A stretch of DNA of 33,996 nucleotides, taken from positions 1 to 33,996 of the forward strand of contig CAYHUW010000001.1 of NCBI GenBank assembly GCA_964359685.1. The letters run 5' to 3'. The stretch comes from an uncultured Candidatus Saccharibacteria bacterium (GTDB lineage: Bacteria; Patescibacteriota; Minisyncoccia; Phycocordibacterales; Phycocordibacteraceae). Both the position numbers and the translations under genes were made by a program. A model generated the notes under the pieces. That model worked only from the letters and a program-made list of their open reading frames with translations, did no database searches and was not told the DNA's origin. Shown here piece after piece: positions 1 to 8,039 of the stretch; position 1 is the first letter of the stretch; every line of letters starts with the position of its first letter.

Positions 1-33
1 ACATATTGTATTAAGACATTAAGATTAAACATA

Positions 34-62
34 TTGACACGGAAACTTAACTCTAGTATTCT
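34..62 (+). promoter_or_regulatory. sigma70-like promoter TTGACA-N17-TATTCT
   Basis: TTGACA at 34-39, a 17-nt spacer and TATTCT at 57-62, with AT-rich sequence upstream. The ATG of a 16-codon ORF lies 8 nt after the -10 box. Confidence 0.45.
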
Positions 63-70
63 GCAAGAGC

Positions 71-121
71 ATGAAACACTTAGTTTCAGTCATTGTTCGT
101 CGCCGCGGTCTTATAGTTTGA
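71..121 (+). CDS. candidate leader peptide MKHLVSVIVRRRGLIV (3 consecutive Arg codons)
   Basis: ATG 71 to TGA 119-121. Codons CGT CGC CGC occupy 98-106. The stop codon lies inside a segment complementary to the 5' arm of the downstream terminator. Confidence 0.3.
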   Translation: MKHLVSVIVRRRGLIV

Positions 122-166
122 GGTCGTCTGCGAGCATTGGTTAACTCCTAAAAAACAAATACTTCC

Positions 167-194
167 AAACGGCCTCAAACGAGGCCGTTTTTTG
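167..194 (+). terminator. rho-independent terminator (attenuator candidate)
   Basis: AAACGGCCTC (167-176) pairs with GAGGCCGTTT (181-190) around an AAAC loop, followed by a T-run to 194. Confidence 0.75.
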
Positions 195-223
195 TTACAT
201 GCTCAACATTAAATATAGAAACT

Positions 224-568
224 ATGGAAAAAAAATTAAAGTTCTCTTTCGGAAATGAAAAACCCGCTACCTGCTTTTACTGCGGCAGGGCGGTGTCGCT
301 TGATTCCGCAGAGGCAATAGAGCTTGGTTCGCATTTTGTCGTGGGGCCGTTCCATGAAGATTGCACGCCACTCTACGCCGCCCATCTTCTTGGAAACATG
401 GAAACTCCCGAAGGAGGTCCACTCGCGCACTTCAGAAAGAAATTTGAAGATGCATATGCGCTCTGTCTTTTCTGCGGGGAGCCGGTCTTAAAAGAGAGAG
501 CCAAATCCATAGACGACGGGTACGTACACGTAACGGCAAAATGCCTGAAATATTTCCATATCCGCTAA
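224..568 (+). CDS. hypothetical small protein with two CxxC pairs (putative Zn-binding)
   Basis: 114-aa ORF with CFYCG and CLFCG motifs. It ends 26 nt before the argS ATG, so co-transcription is likely. Confidence 0.55.
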   Translation: MEKKLKFSFGNEKPATCFYCGRAVSLDSAEAIELGSHFVVGPFHEDCTPLYAAHLLGNMETPEGGPLAHFRKKFEDAYALCLFCGEPVLKERAKSIDDGYVHVTAKCLKYFHIR

Positions 569-594
569 TGCGGACTGGTTGTATAGTGTCGTTT

Positions 595-2271
595 ATGGAT
601 GCCCGTCAGAATATAGAAACAGCGCTTAAAGGTGCGCTTTCAAAGCTCGGTATTGAAGCGGAAGTTGTATTGGACCACCCGGCTGATGTATCGCACGGGG
701 ATTACTCCTCAAATGTCGCTCTAGTGGCCGCAAAGAAGGCGGGCAAAAATCCGAAGGCGCTCGCGGAAGAGATTCTTAAACAGCTCGGCTCCATTGAAGG
801 AGTAGAGAGTAGTTCTGTCGCGGGAGCCGGGTTTATAAACTTCACACTCGCGCGCGGCTTTTTCCCCGAAGCGACGAAAGAGATTTTGCAAAAAGGAGAA
901 GCATGGGGGAGAAACGATCACGTGAAGGGGTACAAAGTGATGGTTGAGTACACCGATCCGAACGCATTCAAACCCCTCCATATCGGGCATTTGATGAGTA
1001 ATGCCATAGGAGAATCACTCGCGCGGCTCGTTGAATTTTCAGGCGGGGAAACAAAGAAGGCGAATTATGCGTCGGATATCGGACTCAATGTCGCAAAAGG
1101 TGTGTGGGGCGCAAAGAAAATAAACGCTGACCTAAACGATTTGTCGGCGCTCGGAAAAGCATACGCAACTGCTCATGAGTCCTACGAAACAGACCCGCAG
1201 GTTAAAGAAGAGATAGATACCATCAACAAAGCGTTATATGAAAACTCTGACGCGGAACTTTCAGCAATACGTGGGAAAGGTGTCGCTACCTCCCTGAAGC
1301 ACCTGTATGAAATATGCGATGTCTTGGGTACCCGCTTTGATTTTGAGTTTCTTGAAAGCCAATCGGCGCCTCTCGGTAAAGATATTGTTCTTAAGAACAC
1401 CCCCGGAGTGTTTGAGGTCAGTGATGGAGCGACCGTGTACAAAGGCGAAGCGGATGGGCTCCATACGCGAGTATTTCTTAATTCGCGAGGACTGCCGACG
1501 TATGAAGCGAAAGATATCGGTCTTATCGGTCTGAAACGAACCTCATTTCCTTTTGATGTATCCATTATCGTTACTTCGGTTGAACAGAAGGAATATTTCA
1601 AGGTTGTGAAAGCCGCCGCAGAGAAGCTGTATCCGGAATTGAAAGGCAAGCTCATGCATGTCCCGCACGGATTTCTTACGCTCACGACAGGGAAGATGTC
1701 GTCGCGTAAAGGTAATGTCATAACAGGTGAGTCACTCATACAGGAAATGCGCGAGGCAGCTCTCAAAAAAATGCAGGGTAGAGAATTGGGTGCCGATATG
1801 CAGGGAATAGCCGATGTGGTTGCAGTGGGGGCAATCAAGTACTCAATCCTAAAGCAGTCGACCGGAAAGAATATTATTTTTGATCCCGAAGCTTCACTTT
1901 CGTTTGAAGGGGATTCGGGCCCCTACCTGCAGTATGCGCACGTCCGCGCCCGCGCCGTTTTGCGAAAAGCAGCCGAAGAGGATATACCTCCATATATGGA
2001 GGTATATCCGGAAGAGATTACCGGACTGGAACGGTTGTTATATAGATTTCCTGAAGTCGTATTCCGCTCCGCGAAAGAGAATGAGCCGCACCATGTGACG
2101 ACATACCTCACGGAACTCGCGTCCGCCTTCAACAGCTGGTATGCGGGTGCAAAAATCGTAGACAAAAACGACCCGCATTCGCCGTATAAGGTAGCGCTTA
2201 CGGAAGCATTTGCACACACCATGAAAAACGGTCTGTGGCTTCTCGGCATTCAGGCCCCTGAGAGGATGTGA
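595..2271 (+). CDS. argS: arginine--tRNA ligase
   Basis: The ORF track gives 541..2271. The preferred start is ATG 595 (MDARQNIE...), just after the upstream stop. It has the class I HIGH motif (PLHIGHLMSNAIGE), MSSRKG in the KMSKS position and a C-terminal anticodon-binding region (YLQYAHVRARAVLRKA). Confidence 0.93.
   Translation: MDARQNIETALKGALSKLGIEAEVVLDHPADVSHGDYSSNVALVAAKKAGKNPKALAEEILKQLGSIEGVESSSVAGAGFINFTLARGFFPEATKEILQKGEAWGRNDHVKGYKVMVEYTDPNAFKPLHIGHLMSNAIGESLARLVEFSGGETKKANYASDIGLNVAKGVWGAKKINADLNDLSALGKAYATAHESYETDPQVKEEIDTINKALYENSDAELSAIRGKGVATSLKHLYEICDVLGTRFDFEFLESQSAPLGKDIVLKNTPGVFEVSDGATVYKGEADGLHTRVFLNSRGLPTYEAKDIGLIGLKRTSFPFDVSIIVTSVEQKEYFKVVKAAAEKLYPELKGKLMHVPHGFLTLTTGKMSSRKGNVITGESLIQEMREAALKKMQGRELGADMQGIADVVAVGAIKYSILKQSTGKNIIFDPEASLSFEGDSGPYLQYAHVRARAVLRKAAEEDIPPYMEVYPEEITGLERLLYRFPEVVFRSAKENEPHHVTTYLTELASAFNSWYAGAKIVDKNDPHSPYKVALTEAFAHTMKNGLWLLGIQAPERM
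1981..2008. repeat. 28-nt perfect palindrome inside argS (core TATACCTCCATATATGGAGGTATA)
   Basis: GATATACCTCCATA|TATGGAGGTATATC encodes DIPPYMEVYP in a variable linker. The 24-nt core is identical to 32273-32296. Confidence 0.9.
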
Positions 2272-2539
2272 GAGTTGCAGCCTCCTTCTGTTGCCGAAGT
2301 AACCTGCCTCCCGGTATGCAAGTTGGTACTTGTATATGCAAGAATCAACTATCCGTATTTTGTCCTTGCCCGTAAAGGAACAGGAAGGTGTTTTAGAAAT
2401 GTTAGGGAGAAACGGACACGAGGCGGCTCGTAGAGGCGCCCTGCGTGCCGCTGAAGCGCGGCGGCTTACTGCCTTGGGTCTCCTACAACCCAAACCCGAA
2501 CGACCCTCAAAGAGCGGAAGGGGCATTCTGGATTAACGG

Positions 2540-2567
2540 TTGACAGGTTATTTTGAGTAGGTATATT
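2540..2567 (+). promoter_or_regulatory. sigma70-like promoter TTGACA-N16-TATATT
   Basis: TTGACA at 2540-2545 and TATATT at 2562-2567. An ATG at 2574 lies 6 nt after the -10 box, consistent with a leaderless start. Confidence 0.5.
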
Positions 2568-2573
2568 CAGAGT

Positions 2574-2633
2574 ATGGTTCGTTTTGCAATCACCACGACC
2601 ACCAAGAAGACCGCAGCCAAGCGTCGGGGGTAA
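2574..2633 (+). CDS. micro-ORF MVRFAITTTTKKTAAKRRG (4 consecutive Thr codons)
   Basis: 19 codons plus TAA, lying between a consensus-like promoter and a strong terminator. This could be a leader peptide or a small basic protein. Confidence 0.3.
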   Translation: MVRFAITTTTKKTAAKRRG

Positions 2634-2660
2634 TTGTCGTATATAAAAATCAAAAAAGAC

Positions 2661-2686
2661 AAAAGCCCCCACCAGGGGGCTTTTTT
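2661..2686 (+). terminator. rho-independent terminator (A-run/T-run, possibly bidirectional)
   Basis: AAAAGCCCCC, ACCA loop, GGGGGCTTTTTT. Confidence 0.75.
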
Positions 2687-2707
2687 GAAAATAACATCCA
2701 AAAAATT

Positions 2708-2920
2708 ATGTCATCACAAGATTCCGCAGAACAAAGACGCCTTGCCTGGGTCTACCACACTTCGTTTACGGGGGAACAGGCGGAAATTGAAGCCAACGAC
2801 TGTGTCCAAAGCATCGTCGCGGGGAGAATCATGCTCGCGAAAGCGCAGTTGCAACGACTTCGCGGGGCTGGGGATTCGGTTACCGAGTCCTGGCTCGTTT
2901 TTGTAACCCGTCGAGACTAA
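2708..2920 (+). CDS. hypothetical 70-aa ORF (weak)
   Basis: This is the only plausible ORF in the 2690-3049 unit that lies between two terminators. It has no recognisable motifs, and the region could equally be non-coding RNA. Confidence 0.2.
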   Translation: MSSQDSAEQRRLAWVYHTSFTGEQAEIEANDCVQSIVAGRIMLAKAQLQRLRGAGDSVTESWLVFVTRRD

Positions 2921-3027
2921 AAACAAGTATGTCGAATATCGCACCGCATTGTTTCATCAAGAAGTCCCGCTTCAAGCGAAGGGGGGCGTTTTGAGTGCGT
3001 GTTGATTTAGATCCGACAAACGTACAA

Positions 3028-3049
3028 GCCCCCGAAAGGGGTTTTTTTT
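3028..3049 (+). terminator. rho-independent terminator
   Basis: CCCC GAAA GGGG hairpin followed by a T8 run. Confidence 0.5.
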
Positions 3050-3062
3050 AAATTAAAAAATC

Positions 3063-4106
3063 ATGGAAAGAGAAAATCTTACAAGTATCTTGCAACGCTT
3101 AGTCCAAGAACTTGAGCGACTGCGAAGAATAAGAAGAGAGCGGGCCTCAAATGTCCTTTTGTTCCCGCGAGAGCACAGTAATCGCGCATATGTGAGAGGG
3201 CATGTCCGGGAAGCGCTCCAAAACATGGGGGAGGCGATACATACCTTCGAAGGGGTTGAGCCGGGTCCGTCAATCTTTATCAACGGAGGGATTCACGGGA
3301 ACGAGATTCTGGGTGTTGTTGTTGCGGATATGTTGCGGCGCGAGTTAGAGAGGCTTCAGTCCGATGGTTCCCCATTGTTGCGCGGGACTGTGCACATTGC
3401 GCTCGGGAATCCGGCAGCTGTAGAACAGGGTGAACGCACAACGCCGGGGCGCCCCGACATGAATCGTATCTTCCTCCCTGACGTTCTTTCAGGGGTGCGC
3501 GATGAGGGATACGAAGGCAGTCGTGTCCGGAAACTCGCAGAAGTTGCACGAGCCTCCGATATTGTTATTGATCTTCACTCCACGAATCGACCTTCCCCTG
3601 CGTTTGTCTGTGCTTCTTCGTCCGAACGTCATCGGGAAGTCTATAAATGGTTCCCGCGCGTTGCCGTTGTCACCGACCCGGACCGAATCATTTCAGGCGG
3701 GGGCTCGCTGGATGAATTTGCCGACGACTGCGGCGGGGTCGGCATTTGCTATGAATCCGGGCAAGCGCTCGACTTTGCGAATGTACAGCCGGTAAGGCGT
3801 GCCATCATGCAGATCTTCATTGAACAGGGGATGATAGAAGGTCACCAGGAGCAGCCGTCTTCGGGACCCGAGTTTAGAGTCGTCGGTTCTATTCCGTATG
3901 ACGCAGCGCGGGAGTTCGTATTCGCCGAAGGAAAAGACCGGGGCTTTGCACCGGTTCAGCGCGGCGAGCTTCTGGGGGCACAAGGAGGGGAACAGATCTA
4001 TTCGCCTGTTGACGGCGTTGTACTGTTTCCCAAATTACCCGAACACCAGGCGCTCGCGGGGGTGGTGTGTTATCTCGCCGCTTCCGCTCACGCAGTGGAT
4101 GTGTAA
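3063..4106 (+). CDS. succinylglutamate desuccinylase / aspartoacylase (AstE-AspA, M14-like) family protein
   Basis: 347 aa. Contains NGGIHGNE, DMNRIF and DLHST motifs, which are typical of this zinc hydrolase family. Confidence 0.6.
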   Translation: MERENLTSILQRLVQELERLRRIRRERASNVLLFPREHSNRAYVRGHVREALQNMGEAIHTFEGVEPGPSIFINGGIHGNEILGVVVADMLRRELERLQSDGSPLLRGTVHIALGNPAAVEQGERTTPGRPDMNRIFLPDVLSGVRDEGYEGSRVRKLAEVARASDIVIDLHSTNRPSPAFVCASSSERHREVYKWFPRVAVVTDPDRIISGGGSLDEFADDCGGVGICYESGQALDFANVQPVRRAIMQIFIEQGMIEGHQEQPSSGPEFRVVGSIPYDAAREFVFAEGKDRGFAPVQRGELLGAQGGEQIYSPVDGVVLFPKLPEHQALAGVVCYLAASAHAVDV

Positions 4107-4129
4107 ATTAAAAAACAAAAATAACTTAT

Positions 4130-4441
4130 ATGAACCCAAAATTAGAAAGACTACTCGCTACAATTGAAAGCTTTAGACCGACGATTTATTTTCGCGAAGC
4201 GGCCTTTCAGTCAGATGCCCTTAGAGAGATGGGATATACAGTTGACGGCAGGGGATTCCAAGACCCGATTCCGACAGCAGCCGTGGAAGAACTGACGGAG
4301 ATATGTGGTTTATGCTCCGGCACGGGCGGCGTACGAGCAGGCGGACCGCAGGCCACGTGGGTCGGCGTACGACAGAGTGGAATACCGTGCGACGCGTGCC
4401 ATGGCTTAGGACGTGCGTTGAAGCAGGGACGGGGCTCTTAA
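4130..4441 (+). CDS. small protein with DnaJ-type zinc-finger motifs
   Basis: 103 aa. CGLCSGTGG and CDACHGLG match the CxxCxGxG repeats of the DnaJ cysteine-rich domain. Confidence 0.55.
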   Translation: MNPKLERLLATIESFRPTIYFREAAFQSDALREMGYTVDGRGFQDPIPTAAVEELTEICGLCSGTGGVRAGGPQATWVGVRQSGIPCDACHGLGRALKQGRGS

Positions 4442-4471
4442 ATCAACGAAATGTTAGTATAGGTTACACTC

Positions 4472-7420
4472 ATGGCGGACGGAGAGAAAAGCGATGTAGC
4501 CAAGCGGGCCGAGCCTACGCAGAAATCTGCTACGGCGGTCAGGGAGGAAGCGATACTCGCTTTTTGGAACGAGCGCGGGATTTTTGAAAAAACTCTCGCG
4601 AAGGACGCACCGAAAGGCGAGTACGTTTTCTACGACGGTCCGCCGTTTGCGACCGGCTTGCCGCACTACGGGCACGTCGTCGCTTCCGTTATTAAAGACG
4701 TCATACCGCGCTACTTCACAATGCGCGGGTACCATGTGCCGCGCGTGTGGGGCTGGGACTGCCACGGATTGCCGATAGAGAACATCGTAGAAAAAGAACT
4801 CGGCTTCAAGCATAAGAAAGAAATAAAAGAATTCGGCGTAGCGAAATTCAACGAAGCGTGCCGCGAGCGCGTTTTGACCTACGCCTCCGAGTGGGAGAAG
4901 GTGATTCCGAGAATCGGCCGCTGGGCCGATATGAAAAATGCATACCGCACCATGGACAAAACGTTCATGGAAAGCGTGTGGTGGGTGTTTAAGTCAATCT
5001 ATGACAAAGGACTGGTGTACGAGGATTACCGCTCCATGCACGTCTGCCCGCGATGCGAAACGACGCTCTCCCAGCAGGAAGTTTCCGAAGGGTATAAGGA
5101 TGTAAAAGATATTGCGGTAACGGTTAAATTTAAATTAAAGAATCCGGAGAAAATCGGTCTCTCGGGGGATGTGTATATGCTTGCCTGGACGACGACGCCG
5201 TGGACTCTGCCGGGGAACGTCGCGCTCGCCGTACACTCCGATATCGTCTATTCGGTAGTTAGAATCGGGGAAGAGGTTGTGATACTTGCGAGCGAGAAAC
5301 TCCCGATGCTCGGTGAGCGTGAGAAAAATCTTCTGAAAGAGGTACAAGGTGCGGACCTCGTCGGGCTTGAATATGAACCTCCGTTCCCGTACTACAAAAA
5401 TGATACGACTCTTAAGAATCGTGAAAACGGATGGAAGGTGTACCACGCTGATTTCGTAACGGCGGAGACGGGCACGGGAATTGCGCATGAAGCGCCCGCG
5501 TTTGGTGCGGATGACTGGGAACTTCTGAAAAAAGAAAATCTGCCGTTTGTTCAGCATGTCGCGTACGACGGCACAATGAAACCGGAAGTCACGGCATTCG
5601 CGGGGATGGAGGTGAAACCGCGTTCGGATGACGACAAAATCCGCCTCGGCACGGATATCGCCGTTCTCAAATATCTGCAGGAGAATAATCTGTTTTTCGC
5701 GAAAGAAAACATCACTCACGCGTATCCGCACTGTTGGCGGTGCGACACGCCGCTTTTGAACTACGCAACCTCTTCGTGGTTTGTGAACGTTACAAAAATC
5801 AAAGAGGGGATGCTCAGAAACGCACAATCAATCAACTGGTCGCCCGAACATGTAAAAGAGGGAAGGTGGGGACAGTGGTTGTCGGGCGCGCGCGACTGGT
5901 CTATCTCACGCCAGCGGTTCTGGGCGAGCGTCATTCCTCTGTGGGTGTGCGAGACATGCAAAGCAAAGCGGGTGTTCGGAAGTGCGCTTGAGCTTGAAAA
6001 AGCGAGCGGGAAGAAAGTAGACGATTTGCATAAACACATTGTTGACGAAATCACCGTATCTTGCGAATGCGGCGGCACCATGCGCCGTATTCCTGATGTT
6101 TTAGATACCTGGTTTGACTCGGGCTCCATGCCCTACGGAGAAAAGAACTATCCGTTTGTGAACAAGGAATCGTTTGACCAGACGTTCCCCGCGCAATTTA
6201 TCGCCGAAGGTCAGGACCAGACGCGCGCGTGGTTTTACTATCTCCATGTCTTGGCGAGCGCGCTTTTCAATAAGCCCGCGTTTCAGAACGTCATCGTAAA
6301 CGGCATCGTTCTTGCCGAAGACGGGAAGAAAATGTCCAAGAAACTTCAGAACTACCCCGATCCGATGAAAATCGTAGACACGTACGGCGCGGATGCCCTG
6401 CGGTACTACCTCCTCTCATCCCCGGTGGTACAGTCGGAAAATCTAAGTTTTGCGGAGAGCGGGGTTGATGAGGTGCTGAAGAAAAATATCAACCGTCTGG
6501 ATAACGTCGTCGCTTTTTACAAACTCTACGAAGACGGTACGAAGCGCGGAGCGGAGAGCGGAAATATTCTTGACCGGTGGATTCTCGCGCGCCTGAATGA
6601 ATTTCTTGCCGAAACGACTCACGGATATAACGAATACAAACTTGATAAAGCGGTACGTCCGCTCGCGCTTTTTGTTGACGATTTGTCCGTGTGGTATCTG
6701 AGACGAAGCCGCGATCGTCTGAAGAACGAGGGGGATGATAAAAAAGCCGCGCTTGCGACCTTGCGGCACATTCTCTACACGCTCGCCGCCGCCGTTGCCC
6801 CCGCGATGCCGTTTTTGGCGGATGATATATACCGAAAAGTAAAAGAGAGTGACGACCCCGAAAGCGTGCACTTGTGTAGCTGGCCGTATAAAGAGCCGGC
6901 GTTCTTTGAGCGGGTATTCGGCGGCGGTACAAAAACCGAAGGTCTTATTTCCGATATGGCGGAGGTCAGAAAAGTAGTTTCTCTGGGACTTGAGAAGCGT
7001 TCGGCGGCAAACATAAAAGTAAGACAGCCCCTGTCCGAGGTTCGGATACAGAGCGCCCTACTCAAAAATAAACACGACCTCATAGACCTCATCCGCGATG
7101 AACTCAATGTAAAGCGTGTGGCGGTTGACCCTACAATGGATAATGACATTGAACTCAACACGGAATTGACGGCTGAGTTAAAAGAAGAAGGGATGATACG
7201 TGACGTGCTCCGGTTTGTGCAGGACCTGCGGAAACAGGCGGGCTTCAGTCCGAAGGACCGGGCAATCTTGCGTATTTCCCCGAAAAACAGGATTTTCGTG
7301 GAAACGCACTGGACCGCGCTCGCAAAAACAGCGAATCTCGTGCGTTTTGAAGAAGGGGAGGCGGGCTCTGAACTTGTCGTGGATGGTGTGACATTTACAT
7401 TCAATGTCGAGCGGGCATAA
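4472..7420 (+). CDS. ileS: isoleucine--tRNA ligase
   Basis: 982 aa. Contains PHYGHVV (HIGH), KMSKK (KMSKS), DWSISRQRFWA, and the editing-domain and Zn-cluster regions. Confidence 0.95.
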   Translation: MADGEKSDVAKRAEPTQKSATAVREEAILAFWNERGIFEKTLAKDAPKGEYVFYDGPPFATGLPHYGHVVASVIKDVIPRYFTMRGYHVPRVWGWDCHGLPIENIVEKELGFKHKKEIKEFGVAKFNEACRERVLTYASEWEKVIPRIGRWADMKNAYRTMDKTFMESVWWVFKSIYDKGLVYEDYRSMHVCPRCETTLSQQEVSEGYKDVKDIAVTVKFKLKNPEKIGLSGDVYMLAWTTTPWTLPGNVALAVHSDIVYSVVRIGEEVVILASEKLPMLGEREKNLLKEVQGADLVGLEYEPPFPYYKNDTTLKNRENGWKVYHADFVTAETGTGIAHEAPAFGADDWELLKKENLPFVQHVAYDGTMKPEVTAFAGMEVKPRSDDDKIRLGTDIAVLKYLQENNLFFAKENITHAYPHCWRCDTPLLNYATSSWFVNVTKIKEGMLRNAQSINWSPEHVKEGRWGQWLSGARDWSISRQRFWASVIPLWVCETCKAKRVFGSALELEKASGKKVDDLHKHIVDEITVSCECGGTMRRIPDVLDTWFDSGSMPYGEKNYPFVNKESFDQTFPAQFIAEGQDQTRAWFYYLHVLASALFNKPAFQNVIVNGIVLAEDGKKMSKKLQNYPDPMKIVDTYGADALRYYLLSSPVVQSENLSFAESGVDEVLKKNINRLDNVVAFYKLYEDGTKRGAESGNILDRWILARLNEFLAETTHGYNEYKLDKAVRPLALFVDDLSVWYLRRSRDRLKNEGDDKKAALATLRHILYTLAAAVAPAMPFLADDIYRKVKESDDPESVHLCSWPYKEPAFFERVFGGGTKTEGLISDMAEVRKVVSLGLEKRSAANIKVRQPLSEVRIQSALLKNKHDLIDLIRDELNVKRVAVDPTMDNDIELNTELTAELKEEGMIRDVLRFVQDLRKQAGFSPKDRAILRISPKNRIFVETHWTALAKTANLVRFEEGEAGSELVVDGVTFTFNVERA

Positions 7421-7994
7421 ATTTGTGTTGCGCGGGGTCGTGGTGCGGAGAGCCGCCGCGGGCGACGGGAGTGCACGCGTTCTCTTGTATACCGATGCGG
7501 CGGGTTTGGTATGGGCGCACGTACAGAGCGGAAGAGAAGAGCGCTCCCAACTGCGCGCGCATCTGCAGATAGGCACGCGCGGTCTTTTCTCTCTCGTGAA
7601 AGGCAGAGACGTGTGGCGCGTAACGGGGATTTCGGGGACCACGAATCTCCACTTTGCTTTGGAGGGGCGCACCGACGCGCAAAAAACGCTGCAGCGCGTA
7701 CTCCTGTTTGTCCGTCAGTTCGTCCGGGGTGAGGGCAGTGACCCGTATTTTTTCACGGTGCTATGGGGATTTCTGGACTCGCTTTCCCTCCTCGAAGGAG
7801 ACGCGCTTAAAGATGCCGAACATGCGGTCGTCCTCCGGATGCTCGCGGCTTTGGGGTATGTGGAAGGCGGCGAGAAAGTGTCGCGGTACCTCCACGCGGC
7901 GTACGATTCGGAGACGCTCGCCGATTTTTCAAAAGACAGGAAGGTCATGCTGGCGGTTATCAATGAGGGGATCAGCGCAAGCGGGCTCAACTGA
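7404..7994 (+). CDS. recO: DNA repair protein RecO (short form)
   Basis: 196 aa. The N-terminal pattern is OB-fold-like (LRGVVVRR...LLYTD..GLVWAHVQSGR) and the C-terminal part is helical. It overlaps the ileS stop by 17 nt. The call rests on family resemblance only. Confidence 0.5.
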   Translation: MSSGHKFVLRGVVVRRAAAGDGSARVLLYTDAAGLVWAHVQSGREERSQLRAHLQIGTRGLFSLVKGRDVWRVTGISGTTNLHFALEGRTDAQKTLQRVLLFVRQFVRGEGSDPYFFTVLWGFLDSLSLLEGDALKDAEHAVVLRMLAALGYVEGGEKVSRYLHAAYDSETLADFSKDRKVMLAVINEGISASGLN

Positions 7995-8007
7995 TACGCG
8001 CGGCGGA

Positions 8008-8039
8008 CTGTTATGATATTCCCATATGGGGGATAACAG
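8008..8039. repeat. imperfect palindrome spanning the start codon of the 8026 gene
   Basis: CTGTTAT gatatt CCCATATGGG gg ATAACAG. The ATG at 8026 sits in the CCCATATGGG core. Confidence 0.7.

Noticed and set aside
541-594. Upstream extension of argS to 541 as given in the ORF track. Similar extensions occur for 24583, 28193, 29279, 30349, 18347 and 22737.
   Set aside because: The extensions overlap the preceding gene or a terminator hairpin, and they encode non-conserved low-complexity residues. Internal ATGs give N-termini that fit the protein families or signal peptides.
2661-2686. GCCCCCACCA|GGGGGC resembles the CCA end and GGGG start of a circularly permuted two-piece tmRNA. GGGGGGCGTTTTG...GATCCGAC at 2981-3017 resembles a tmRNA 5' end.
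   Set aside because: There is no T-arm (GGTTCGA.TCC), no tag reading frame ending in ..ALAA-stop and no matching 3' acceptor strand. A simple GC hairpin with a T6 run is fully explained as an intrinsic terminator.
2690-3049. The ~360-nt unit bounded by two terminators has the size of an RNase P RNA. AGAAGTCCCGC at 2959-2969 resembles the P4 strand GGAAAGUCCGGGC.
   Set aside because: The other universally conserved RNase P blocks are absent on both strands (GGUAAGAGCGCACC-like and ACAGAA.CCGGCUUA). The same holds for 2272-2540. It is left as an unassigned region.
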